A stretch of 64,000 bases of DNA from positions 284,337 through 348,336 of the forward strand of contig CAZZAT010000001.1 of assembly GCA_964652615.1 (NCBI GenBank). Direction: 5' to 3'. This document shows positions 35,549 through 44,538 of this stretch, one piece after another. A program made the translations under genes and the position numbers. The notes beneath the pieces were generated by a model. The model ran no database searches and was not told the DNA's origin. It saw only the letters and a list, made by a program, of their open reading frames with translations. Positions within the stretch are counted from its first letter, which is position 1, and the number at the start of each line of letters is the position of its first letter. This stretch comes from an uncultured Candidatus Saccharibacteria bacterium. Its GTDB lineage: Bacteria; Patescibacteriota; Minisyncoccia; Phycocordibacterales; Phycocordibacteraceae.

Positions 35549-36046
35549 ATGAGTGAATATCCAGATAAGCTTGTTTCTTGCAGGACTCTCGATGGAGAGC
35601 TTAAGCAGGTGCGCGTTGGAGACCTTACATTCAGGCCTTCGATATACGGCGTGGCGATAAAAGATAACAAAGTTCTCCTTGTCCCATGTAAGGACGGATA
35701 TGATTTTCCTGGAGGTGGGATCCATGAAGGCGAACCAATGCTTGAATCTCTCGTTCGAGAAGTAAAAGAAGAAAGTGGTATTGAAGTAGAGGTGGGAGAT
35801 ATTCTCTACGCAAAAGACGATTTCTTTATTCATCCACGAAGCCAAAAGGCCTTTCACACCACACTAATGTATTACACGGTAACCCCAGTAGGAGGAGAAC
35901 TTTCCAGCGCGGGACTTACTGAGTTCGAGAAGACTCTTGCTAAAGACCGCCTTCCGGAATGGGTAGACATATCAAAGATTGATAATCTCAAGTTCTACAA
36001 TCCTATAGACAGTCCAGCTCTAGTTCGCAAGGCCTCAAGACACTAA
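35549..36046 (+). CDS. NUDIX hydrolase (cassette-array gene F)
   Basis: Nudix box GGGIHEGEPMLESLVREVKEESGIEV (Gx5Ex7REUxEExGU). Confidence 0.75.
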   Translation: MSEYPDKLVSCRTLDGELKQVRVGDLTFRPSIYGVAIKDNKVLLVPCKDGYDFPGGGIHEGEPMLESLVREVKEESGIEVEVGDILYAKDDFFIHPRSQKAFHTTLMYYTVTPVGGELSSAGLTEFEKTLAKDRLPEWVDISKIDNLKFYNPIDSPALVRKASRH

Positions 36047-36054
36047 GCGAGGGC

Positions 36055-36083
36055 GGTTCCAACTACGTCCCAGACAGCCAGCA
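36055..36083 (+). repeat. 29-bp conserved element, copy 7 (GGTTCCAACTACGTCCCAGACAGCCAGCA)
   Basis: Followed by bidirectional terminator aggcgaggac-taaaa-gtcctcgcct TTCGTTT. Confidence 0.7.
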
Positions 36084-36090
36084 ACATAAA

Positions 36091-36122
36091 AGGCGAGGAC
36101 TAAAAGTCCTCGCCTTTCGTTT
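36091..36122. terminator. Bidirectional rho-independent terminator
   Basis: 10-bp GC-rich stem with T tracts on both strands; between convergent genes F and G. Confidence 0.6.
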
Positions 36123-36360
36123 AACGACGGGTACCGATGAATTCATCAGACAGACGCTTCAGACGCTTACGCGCCCGACGACGACTCCACTTCTTGAACG
36201 TCGAAAGCTTAACATTCAAGGCTTGGCAGCAATGACACCCGTAGGTGTGCTTGCCGTGGCGTGCGCCGCCAGGGTTAGTATCCATCTTCTGCATCTGCCG
36301 AAACACATCAGCCATGAGACTCTCCTTAGGTGAGGTTAGGCTCTCATACTGACTCTCCAT
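36121..36360 (-). CDS. Hypothetical small basic protein (cassette-array gene G)
   Basis: 79 aa; C-terminus very basic (KKWSRRRARKRLKR); CHCC cluster. Confidence 0.35.
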   Translation of the reverse strand: MESQYESLTSPKESLMADVFRQMQKMDTNPGGARHGKHTYGCHCCQALNVKLSTFKKWSRRRARKRLKRLSDEFIGTRR

Positions 36361-36658
36361 GGTTATTTCTGGACAGACCCTACCACATATGTTGGAAATA
36401 CTTCAACAGCACTTTAGGTGTGGTACAGTCGAGCATATGGGTGGATATATTTTCTTAATGGTTCTCATAATGCTCGGCATCGTCGGGCTTCTCGGTCTTG
36501 TCTTTTTGCTTACCAAACCAAAGAAAGGAACGGGAGATCAAACGAAACACACAGTACGCATCTTTTTGTGGCTACCCCTCATTGCCGCAGGACTCTGTCT
36601 CTTGGTGATTATTGGTATAGCTGTGTACACGGTCATGACGGGACCGTACAGTCTCTAA
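36359..36658 (+). CDS. Small two-TM membrane protein (start uncertain, possibly 36437)
   Basis: Two hydrophobic helices (IFLMVLIMLGIVGLLGLVFLL; LWLPLIAAGLCLLVIIGIAVY). Confidence 0.35.
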   Translation: MVISGQTLPHMLEILQQHFRCGTVEHMGGYIFLMVLIMLGIVGLLGLVFLLTKPKKGTGDQTKHTVRIFLWLPLIAAGLCLLVIIGIAVYTVMTGPYSL

Positions 36659-36660
36659 AA

Positions 36661-37662
36661 CTACTGGGCCAAGTATCCACGCCCCTTTTGCGTGAGCAGG
36701 CGTCCGCGAGGTCCTCTCTCGATAAACCCAAGACGAAGGAGATATGGTTCATACACGTTTTCAAGCGTATCTGGGTCTTCATGTAGGGAAGAGGCGAGTG
36801 CGCGGATACCGGCAGGTCCTCCGCGAAATCCTTCCAGAAGCGTTTCAAGATAGCGGCGGTCGTCTTTAGTGAGTCCGAGCGCATCAATGCCAAACAAGTC
36901 GCACGCCTCATCACACACGTCTATCGTAATAGGCACATCGTGCACTTGTGCGTAGTCGCGCACTCTCTTCAAGAGAGCATTTGCAACGCGCGGCGTTGCA
37001 CGGCTGCGCGATGCGAGTGTTCGAACCACATCCTTTTCGATTTCAAGACCAAGAAGTCCTGCAGAGCGTGCAATGATGCTGTGCACATCATCATCGCTAT
37101 AGAAGTCGAGCTGGTAGACGCCACCGCCAAAGCGAGAGCGAAGCGGTCCTGAAATCTGCGCAACGCGCGTCGTAGCGCCTACGAGTGTGAAGCGAGGGAG
37201 TGCAAGCTCTACCGTGCGTGCTGAAGGACCTTTGCCAAGTACGATATCAAGCGATCCATTTTCAAGAGCGGGATACAGCAACTCTTCTATTTTCGTACCA
37301 AGCCGATGTATTTCGTCTATAAACAGCACCGACCCCTCTTCAAGATTAGTGAGTATTGCGGCAAGGTCTGCGGCGCGCTCGATAGCGACTCCTGACGTGC
37401 TTTTAAGCGGTGCGCCAAGCGTCTTTGCTACAAGATGTGCGAGCGTTGTCTTACCCACTCCCGGAGGTCCATAGAAAAGGAAGTGTTCTGGCATGCTGCT
37501 TCGCTTTTTTGCTGCATCAAGCGCGATACGCACATTCGCTTTTACATGTCCTTGGCCCACATACTCATCCCAGAGCGAGGGGCGTAGCGCCGAGTCGAGT
37601 CCCTGATCGCCTTTAAGGGAAGGAGTGTCGTTTTTCGCAGAAGCCTTAGGAGGGGTTGACAT
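36661..37662 (-). CDS. ruvB: Holliday junction branch-migration helicase RuvB
   Basis: LDEYVGQ..., Walker A GPPGVGKTTLA, Walker B LFIDEIHRL, sensor TTR; start at the internal ATG 37662 (the longer 406-aa ORF adds a non-conserved N-terminus). Confidence 0.9.
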   Translation of the reverse strand: MSTPPKASAKNDTPSLKGDQGLDSALRPSLWDEYVGQGHVKANVRIALDAAKKRSSMPEHFLFYGPPGVGKTTLAHLVAKTLGAPLKSTSGVAIERAADLAAILTNLEEGSVLFIDEIHRLGTKIEELLYPALENGSLDIVLGKGPSARTVELALPRFTLVGATTRVAQISGPLRSRFGGGVYQLDFYSDDDVHSIIARSAGLLGLEIEKDVVRTLASRSRATPRVANALLKRVRDYAQVHDVPITIDVCDEACDLFGIDALGLTKDDRRYLETLLEGFRGGPAGIRALASSLHEDPDTLENVYEPYLLRLGFIERGPRGRLLTQKGRGYLAQ

Positions 37663-37953
37663 AAAAAGAGGGTATGCTACTCTACCAGTATACCGCAGGG
37701 GACGAGCTTCGTCTCCGGCAGTTAGGAAGGGGGAGGCCCTGCCGACGCGCTTTTTCAAAGAAGGGCGTTTTATTTTGTCCCATACATCGCGTATAGAACC
37801 CTCTAGGCAAGGCTTGACGGCTAAGGGCGACTCCCCAAGGACTTTTTGGTTCCATTCTCCGGAATGGAGCGCTGGAAACATCCTCAGGCGTGTTGTTCGG
37901 CCTGGAGGGTTCTGTACGGGAAAGAAAACACCGCGCTGTATGCGCGGTGTTTT

Positions 37954-39624
37954 CTAATTAGGAAGGTCTACCGTTCTTCGCACTTCCTCAAGAGTCGTGA
38001 CGCCAGCGAGCGCTTTAACGACAGCATCTTGTGTCATGGTGAGATACCCTTGGCGCACCACGTGCTTTGCAATATCTCCTTCAGACGGGTTATCGCGAAG
38101 GAAGGTACCAAGTTCTTCATCCATAAAGATAGCTTCGTGTACGCCGGTACGTCCTTTGTATCCGGTTGTACCGTCTTCACCTGGAACGGCGTCATACAAC
38201 GTATCAAAAGAAGCGGGGCGTAGCGTTTCATCTCCAAGGTTTTCAAACACTTTCTCCATAACGCGCTTTTCTTCGTCGGTAGCAGGACGCGCTTTCTTTG
38301 TGGTCTGATCGAGTGTGCGAAGGAGGCGCTGCGCCATGGCAACCGTAATAGCAGATGCGAATGACTTTGGATCAACACCAAGATCTACAAGGCGGGGGAA
38401 GGTACCAGCCGCGTTATTTGTGTGAAGCGTTGAGAAGACAAAGTGTCCCGTGAGCGCAGCCTGTATTGCTGTCTCTGCCACCTCTTTGTCGCGGATTTCT
38501 CCTACGAGAATAATGTCAGGGTCTTGGCGGAGTACCGAGCGAAGACCAGAAGCAAAGGTGTAGTTCTTTCCGTCAGTTTGTGTTTGGACGATACCCTCGA
38601 GGTGGTATTCGACGGGATCTTCAATCGTCACAATCTTTGTCTGTGGCGTATGGAGTTCGCGAAGGAAGGTATACAGCGTCGTTGTTTTACCAGAACCGGT
38701 AGGGCCGGTGGTAAGGAGCATGCCGTTTGGACGCTGTATTTCGCGGCGCAATTGCGCAAGGAGTTTCCCGTGTACGCCCATGTCCTCAAAGGAGCGGTTC
38801 AGGGTGTTCGGGTCGAGAATACGCAGCACGATAGCTTCTCCATAGTTTCCAGGAATAACCGAAGCGCGCACCTCTATTTCTTTCCCGCGAACCGCAATAG
38901 TGAAGCGTCCGTCTTGCGCTTGGTTTTCAATGTTCAGCTTCAAACCAGAAAGGAGCTTCACGCGGGAATTCAATTGTTTATACGTACGCGGGTCAAAGTC
39001 GTACGCATCTTGGAGAAGGCCGTCGAGGCGAAGGCGAAGGCGTACTGCTTTCTCTTCCGGCTCGATGTGAATGTCAGACGCTTTCATGGAAAGGGCAGCG
39101 GCAATGATGTCCTCAAAGACACGAGAAACTTGCGCCGCTTTCCCGCCGCCCAAGAGTTCATCGAGGTGTGCGTGTAGGGCGCTAAGGCTTGCAAAGGATT
39201 CTGAAAGCTTGTCGAAGTCTTGTGCAGAAATATCAAACACGCCAGCAGTGGTTACGTGCGCATATGAAAGGTCTTCGTAGCGGGCAAGTGCTTTTTCAAG
39301 GCTTCGTCCTGAAACCATGAACTTCTCAAGAAGAAAATCACGTCCTTCAAGATCGGCGTATACATTGGCAAGCTCTGGATTTTGAGGACTGCGCACGGCA
39401 ACAGAAAGTTTCTTGCCCGCACGATCAAAAGCAACAATTTCGGCCTTGCGCGCCGTCTCTTCGCTAATCAAGCGAAGCGCATCGACGTTTACCGGCACGA
39501 CCGAAAGGTCGGTATACGTTAAGCCGTACTTATCTGAAAGGATGCGAGCAAGATCCTCTTCCTCCTTTTCACGAAGTTCTGCAAGCTTCTTATCCTCTGC
39601 GTCAGTATCGAATTTCTGGGGCAT
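37954..39624 (-). CDS. pilB: Type IV pilus assembly ATPase PilB (GspE family)
   Basis: Walker A LLTTGPTGSGKTTTLY; Asp/His boxes; Walker B ILVGEIRD; 556 aa. Confidence 0.85.
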   Translation of the reverse strand: MPQKFDTDAEDKKLAELREKEEEDLARILSDKYGLTYTDLSVVPVNVDALRLISEETARKAEIVAFDRAGKKLSVAVRSPQNPELANVYADLEGRDFLLEKFMVSGRSLEKALARYEDLSYAHVTTAGVFDISAQDFDKLSESFASLSALHAHLDELLGGGKAAQVSRVFEDIIAAALSMKASDIHIEPEEKAVRLRLRLDGLLQDAYDFDPRTYKQLNSRVKLLSGLKLNIENQAQDGRFTIAVRGKEIEVRASVIPGNYGEAIVLRILDPNTLNRSFEDMGVHGKLLAQLRREIQRPNGMLLTTGPTGSGKTTTLYTFLRELHTPQTKIVTIEDPVEYHLEGIVQTQTDGKNYTFASGLRSVLRQDPDIILVGEIRDKEVAETAIQAALTGHFVFSTLHTNNAAGTFPRLVDLGVDPKSFASAITVAMAQRLLRTLDQTTKKARPATDEEKRVMEKVFENLGDETLRPASFDTLYDAVPGEDGTTGYKGRTGVHEAIFMDEELGTFLRDNPSEGDIAKHVVRQGYLTMTQDAVVKALAGVTTLEEVRRTVDLPN

Positions 39625-39679
39625 TTCAAGGGCAATGATACCACCTAGGGGAGGGCGTATATACAGCCTTTTCGGGGTA

Positions 39680-39708
39680 TTGACAGTATCTTTCTATTGT
39701 GATATATT
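39680..39708 (+). promoter_or_regulatory. Sigma-70-like promoter TTGACA-17-TATATT
   Basis: Read in the pilB/39744 intergenic region; drives the high-GC secreted-protein gene. Confidence 0.5.
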
Positions 39709-39743
39709 TAACTTACCTTTGACCGCCAACCCAGGAGGGAAGA

Positions 39744-40178
39744 ATGCGGATGAACATTGGGAGTTTCGGTATTGTGGCAGCGGCAGCCCTGCTTGGCATG
39801 CTCTCGTTCGCTCCGGCGGCCGAGGCGCAAGAACGGCGTCAGTTCCAGTATGGTGCTGAGCGTTGCTACGGCTCTCACGAGCGCTGCTCGGAGCGTCAAC
39901 GCAGTCGCGAAAGCGGCGGGACTCGCCTCACCGGCGACCAAGCGGTGGAGATTGAACATCTCCGGACGGAACAAGCGCGGCTTCATGCGCAAGCTGCTCG
40001 TGATAACGCTCGCGCCCGTGTCGCTACCACCATTCTCGGTGGTGTGGCGCAAGTCGCAATCGCGCGCGAGCGCAACCGCAACGCGCGGCGGTATCAACAA
40101 CCGCCGTCGTACTACCAGCCGCCGCCGCGTCGTCAGCCGCCGCGCCACCGCTGCAACCACGGTTGCCGTTACCACTAA
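39744..40178 (+). CDS. Secreted Arg/Gln/Tyr/Pro-rich small protein
   Basis: Signal peptide ...LSFAPAAEA; region is about 60% GC against about 50% genome-wide; C-terminus QQPPSYYQPPPRRQPPRHRCNHGCRYH. Confidence 0.45.
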   Translation: MRMNIGSFGIVAAAALLGMLSFAPAAEAQERRQFQYGAERCYGSHERCSERQRSRESGGTRLTGDQAVEIEHLRTEQARLHAQAARDNARARVATTILGGVAQVAIARERNRNARRYQQPPSYYQPPPRRQPPRHRCNHGCRYH

Positions 40179-40287
40179 AACCGAAACGAAGAGAGGGCTC
40201 CAGCTTACGCTGGGGCCCTTTTTATATCTTGCCAAAAACCATATTTCATTGCAGGATGCGTTTAGAACCTGAATGGAAGGAGACGAC

Positions 40288-40596
40288 ATGCTTAGGTTCC
40301 TTGTAGCGTTCATAGCGCTTATGTTCACTGGCCTTTTCGCTTCTCCTGCAGAAGCGCACGGACGAGACTGGCAACATCGCTATTGTGGCGAGCGGCACGT
40401 TTCGCGTGACCGCGGATGCGGCGACTGCGGCTACCATCGTCGCTATCGTAGGCCACCACCCCCAGCGTGGCACGGCGAATACCGCCGTTCCGTGCGCGAG
40501 TACGGCTACCACTATACTCGCAGTGGTTATACGGTATGGAGGCGGCACTACTACGGGTGCGAGCGTCATCACGTACGCCGCTACCGGCGGTGGTAG
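40288..40596 (+). CDS. Secreted His/Arg/Tyr/Cys-rich small protein
   Basis: Signal peptide MLRFLVAFIALMFTGLFASPAEA; mature ~80 aa with 6 Cys, many RRY/HRR repeats. Confidence 0.4.
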   Translation: MLRFLVAFIALMFTGLFASPAEAHGRDWQHRYCGERHVSRDRGCGDCGYHRRYRRPPPPAWHGEYRRSVREYGYHYTRSGYTVWRRHYYGCERHHVRRYRRW

Positions 40597-40659
40597 AAAG
40601 ACAGAAGGGCTTCTGCGTACAGCAGGAGCCCTTTTCTCATACATTGGTACAATCAGTGT

Positions 40660-41094
40660 ATGGAGAGGCGCATTCACACTATCGAAGACTTAGACGCAGA
40701 AGCTAGGGCGTTTGCTGCCTCTCTCTCACCGAAAGACTCTGGCGCCACACTCGTTTTTCTTTCTGGAGAACTTGGAGCAGGGAAGACAGCTTTTACCAAA
40801 GCTGCTGCAGCTGCGCTTGGTGTTGCAGAACACGTTACAAGCCCTACGTTCGTACTCGAGAAGATATACGCGCTTGAAGAGCAGCGTTTCCTTCGGCTCA
40901 TACACATAGATGCATATCGCTTGCAGGATGCGAGCGAGCTTGCGGCACTTGGTTTTGATGAGGCGATGGCGGATAGAGATACGCTTATCTTTCTTGAATG
41001 GCCCGAGCGCGTTTCCGATATGGCGCACACGGCAACGGTTTCCATAACGCTTGTCGCGCACGATGATGGTTCGCGCACCCTTACCTATGATTAA
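40660..41094 (+). CDS. tsaE: tRNA threonylcarbamoyladenosine biosynthesis protein TsaE
   Basis: VFLSGELGAGKTAFTK, SPTFVL, HIDAYRL motifs. Confidence 0.8.
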   Translation: MERRIHTIEDLDAEARAFAASLSPKDSGATLVFLSGELGAGKTAFTKAAAAALGVAEHVTSPTFVLEKIYALEEQRFLRLIHIDAYRLQDASELAALGFDEAMADRDTLIFLEWPERVSDMAHTATVSITLVAHDDGSRTLTYD

Positions 41095-43474
41095 AGGAAA
41101 GTTTGGACGAAAGAGACTCATACTTCTTGATGCGCATGCGATTATTCATCGCGCATACCACGCACTACCCGACTTCACGTCGCCTTCTGGAGAACCTTCT
41201 GGTGCGCTCTACGGACTCTCGTCCATGTTGCTTCGTATCATTGCAGATCTTGAACCTGATTATCTTGTTGCTTGCTACGACCTTCCAGGACCTACCGTGC
41301 GTCATGAGGCGTATAAGGAATACAAAGTAACGCGCGCAAAGACAGATGATGCCCTCTCGCTCCAACTCGATTCTTCGCGCCGCATCTTCGAAGCATTTTG
41401 CATACCTATCTACGAGCGCGCCGGCTTTGAAGCAGATGACATTCTTGGCACCATCGTAGAAAAACTGAAAGACGATGAGAGCATCGAAATCGTCATTGCT
41501 TCAGGCGATATGGACACGCTGCAGCTCATAACAGAGGGAGTGAAGGTATATACCCTTAAGAAAGGGTTGAATGACACTATCTTGTATGACGCAAAGGCGG
41601 TTGAGGCGCGCTTTGGGTTTCCTCCGTCACACATTGCAGACTACAAAGGACTGCGCGGCGATCCTTCCGACAACATTAAGGGCGTGCCTGGCATAGGGGA
41701 GAAGACAGCGACTGACCTTATTACATCGTTTGGGTCCATAGAAGATATCTATAAAACGCTCAAGAAGGATGAACAAAAGCTACTTGCTAAGGGTATCAAG
41801 CCGCGTATCGTTGAACTCCTAAAGACGCACGAAGAAGACGCGCTCTTTTCAAAGTCGCTTGCAACCATTCGCCGCGATGCCCCTATATCCTTCCGTCTCC
41901 CCGAAGCATCATGGAAAGAGCATCCAGACCTTGGAAATGTACGTATCCTTTTCGAAGAGCTTGGGTTTCGTTCGCTTCGCCCACGTCTTGATGCGCTTTT
42001 AGGCGCAGCACCGGAAGCAGAAGAAGAGGAAGAGGGTGAAGCAGAGGCAGCTCCTAAAGAAGAAATACCAAAAGCACGTTTTCGTGAGGCGCAGGCGATG
42101 CTCTGGCTCTTGCATTCAGAGTTCACGAATCCAGGTCTTGAAGACATACTTGCGTACGCAGGAGCGCGCGACTTTGATGAGGCATACCAAGCGCTCGAGA
42201 AAAAACTTACCGAAGCAGGGCGCGTCAACGACGTATGGGAGAACATCGAGAAGCCTCTCGTTCCCGTTATTGTGAAAATGGAAGAGCGGGGCGTGAAGAT
42301 AGATCGCGATGCCCTTACAAAACTCCAGAAGAAATATCAAAAAGAAGTACAGGACGCAGAAAAGCGTATCTTTGAGGCAGCAGGGAAGGAATTCAACGTC
42401 TCTTCCCCAAAGCAGCTCGCTGAGATCCTCTTTGATGATCTTGGCCTTGTCGCCAAGGGGCAGAAAAAGACGGCAACTGGACAGCGCTCCACGCGTGAGA
42501 GCGAACTGGAAAAGATACGCGACTTAAACCCTATCGTGGAAGATGTGCTCGAGTATCGAGAAATACAGAAACTGCTTGGCACCTACATCGAAGCGATTCC
42601 ACCACTCCTTGATGACCGAAACCGCCTCCACGCAACATTCATACAGACGGGAGCTGCAACTGGCCGCATGGCAAGCGCGGACCCGAACCTTCAAAATATC
42701 CCGATACGTACTGAACGGGGACGCGCTATACGCGATGCGTTTATCGCTGAAGAAGGTTTCTTACTTGTCGCACTCGACTACTCGCAGATAGAGCTACGTA
42801 TTGCAGTACTCCTTTCAAAGGATGAGAAATTCCAGGAAATATTTGCCGCAGGACGCGACGTGCATACCGAAGTCGCTGCCCGTGTGTTTAAGGTTCCTCC
42901 GGAGAAGGTAGACGCCGAACAACGCAGGCGCGCAAAAGCCATAAACTTCGGCATCCTCTATGGCATGGGAGTGAACTCACTACGTCAAGCGCTTGGTACA
43001 ACTTCCGCCGAAGCGCATCAATTCTATGATGACTACTTCACTACGTTCTCGACGCTTGCGGCATACCTTGAATCAACAAAAGGATTTGCGAGAAAGCATG
43101 GATACACCGAGACCTTGTTTGGGCGCCGCAGGCAGTTTCCTGAAATGAAGTCGCCTCTACCTTACGTGCGCGCACAAGCAGAGCGCACTGCGATTAACGC
43201 GCCCATCCAAGGAACACAGGCCGATATCATCAAGCTCGCCATGGTGCGTATCGATGCAATGCTTAAAGAAGAGAAGGCCCAACAAGATGCACACCTTCTC
43301 CTGCAAATTCACGATGAACTTGTATATGAGGTGCGTGCCGAGCGCGTACAGGAACTTGCGCCAAAGATTGAACATATCATGGAGACTGTCCTTACCGACG
43401 AAGAGCGCGCGGGCGTTCCTATCATCGCAGAAGCGCGAGTGGGAAAGCACTGGGGAGAGATGGAAAAACTCTAG
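41087..43474 (+). CDS. polA: DNA polymerase I (5'-3' exonuclease plus polymerase; vestigial 3'-5' exonuclease region)
   Basis: N-terminal FEN domain (LLDAHAIIHRAYHA..., GVPGIGEKTA); pol motifs DYSQIELR, RRRAKAINFGILYG, LLQIHDELVYE; only ~80 aa between nuclease and pol domains. Confidence 0.9.
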   Translation: MIKGKFGRKRLILLDAHAIIHRAYHALPDFTSPSGEPSGALYGLSSMLLRIIADLEPDYLVACYDLPGPTVRHEAYKEYKVTRAKTDDALSLQLDSSRRIFEAFCIPIYERAGFEADDILGTIVEKLKDDESIEIVIASGDMDTLQLITEGVKVYTLKKGLNDTILYDAKAVEARFGFPPSHIADYKGLRGDPSDNIKGVPGIGEKTATDLITSFGSIEDIYKTLKKDEQKLLAKGIKPRIVELLKTHEEDALFSKSLATIRRDAPISFRLPEASWKEHPDLGNVRILFEELGFRSLRPRLDALLGAAPEAEEEEEGEAEAAPKEEIPKARFREAQAMLWLLHSEFTNPGLEDILAYAGARDFDEAYQALEKKLTEAGRVNDVWENIEKPLVPVIVKMEERGVKIDRDALTKLQKKYQKEVQDAEKRIFEAAGKEFNVSSPKQLAEILFDDLGLVAKGQKKTATGQRSTRESELEKIRDLNPIVEDVLEYREIQKLLGTYIEAIPPLLDDRNRLHATFIQTGAATGRMASADPNLQNIPIRTERGRAIRDAFIAEEGFLLVALDYSQIELRIAVLLSKDEKFQEIFAAGRDVHTEVAARVFKVPPEKVDAEQRRRAKAINFGILYGMGVNSLRQALGTTSAEAHQFYDDYFTTFSTLAAYLESTKGFARKHGYTETLFGRRRQFPEMKSPLPYVRAQAERTAINAPIQGTQADIIKLAMVRIDAMLKEEKAQQDAHLLLQIHDELVYEVRAERVQELAPKIEHIMETVLTDEERAGVPIIAEARVGKHWGEMEKL

Positions 43475-43506
43475 AAACGAGGTATAGTGCGAAGCGGAGG
43501 TGTCTC

Positions 43507-43722
43507 ATGACCATTCGTTTTGAGGAAGTGGACGGGGTTTTATGGGCAAAAGGAGCCCGCGTCCATCCAAACGACAGTCCAGGGGAAGGGTCGTGGCCCT
43601 ATCTTCGTTTAGAAGAAGTGGCGAGACTGCGTGCGAAAGACCGCTTTCGGTGGTTTCTTGCAAGTTTCTTCCTAATCCTTGCTCTTTTTGGGGGAGGCGT
43701 CACCTTCGCCTTTCTTGGATAA
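43507..43722 (+). CDS. Hypothetical small protein with C-terminal TM
   Basis: 71-aa ORF between polA and the holA-like gene. Confidence 0.25.
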   Translation: MTIRFEEVDGVLWAKGARVHPNDSPGEGSWPYLRLEEVARLRAKDRFRWFLASFFLILALFGGGVTFAFLG

Positions 43723-43770
43723 CCAATGGCCGGAACGCACACGCGTTCCGGCTTTTGTTATCATGCCCGT

Positions 43771-44424
43771 ATGCTCTACCTCTTTACCGGTTCTGATGCA
43801 GACAAGGTTCGCACTAAGGCGTTCCAGTGGGTTGCGGCTGCGCGCTCTAAAGCGCCGGACGCAGCATATATACGTCTTGGCGCTTCGGACATAACCCCCG
43901 AAACACTTGCAGAAGCAGCTGGTTCTCAAGGCCTCTTTTTTTCAAAAACACTCGTACTTCTTGATGATCCGTTTTCAGAGAAGGTCGCAGGCGAAACGGT
44001 GCTTGAGCATCTTTCAATGCTTTCTGAAAGTGCGAATGCAATTGCCATCCTTGCTCCTAAGCTGTTAGCTGCACGGCAAAAAAAGCTCGAAGCGAAAGCA
44101 GAGAAAGTATTTTCTTTTGATGTAAAAACAAAGGCGAATGCGCGCGGATTTAATGGAGCTTTGGTGAATGCGCTTGCTGCGCGAGATGGTGAAGCGCTCT
44201 GGAAGGAAATCACGCTTGCGCTTCGTCAGGGCGATGCTCCTGAAATGATTCATGGACTGCTTCACTGGAAAGCGCGCGACCTTATGCAAAAGGGCGGCGG
44301 GAAATGGGGCGAAGAAGGCGCACGCACGCTTTCACTTGAACTTATTGAACTTATATCCGATTCGCGAAGCGGGGATCTGCCGCTTTCCCAAAACCTCGAA
44401 CGGTTTGCGCTTTCTCTTGCCTGA
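43771..44424 (+). CDS. holA: DNA polymerase III delta subunit-like protein (short)
   Basis: MLYLFTGSD...SQGLFFSKTLVLLDDP... resembles HolA domain I; start at the internal ATG 43771. Confidence 0.45.
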   Translation: MLYLFTGSDADKVRTKAFQWVAAARSKAPDAAYIRLGASDITPETLAEAAGSQGLFFSKTLVLLDDPFSEKVAGETVLEHLSMLSESANAIAILAPKLLAARQKKLEAKAEKVFSFDVKTKANARGFNGALVNALAARDGEALWKEITLALRQGDAPEMIHGLLHWKARDLMQKGGGKWGEEGARTLSLELIELISDSRSGDLPLSQNLERFALSLA

Positions 44425-44430
44425 CTCGTG

Positions 44431-44503
44431 TCCGCCCGCCAGGGCTCGAACCTGGGACCGTCTCCTTAAAAGGGAGCTGCTCTACCAACTGAGCTACGGG
44501 CGG
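44431..44503 (-). tRNA. tRNA-Lys (anticodon UUU)
   Basis: Manual cloverleaf fold: acceptor CCGCCCG/CGGGCGG, D-arm GCTCAGTTGGTAGAGC, anticodon loop CTTTTAA, T-arm CCAGGTTCGAGCCCTGG. Confidence 0.8.
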
Positions 44504-44538
44504 ATGCTCTACAACGTAGCACTTTGTGCGTGTTGTTT

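Noticed and set aside
33523-36083. Could the seven 29-bp repeats be a CRISPR array?
   Set aside because: Spacing is 330-555 bp, not 25-50 bp. The intervening units contain protein-coding genes with RBS and promoters, the repeats are not palindromic, and no cas genes are nearby.
39757-40693. Additional 171-aa, 102-aa, 143-aa and 206-aa ORFs overlapping the secreted-peptide genes on both strands
   Set aside because: Long alternative-frame ORFs are expected in about 60% GC DNA. Only the frames with signal peptides and upstream promoters were kept.
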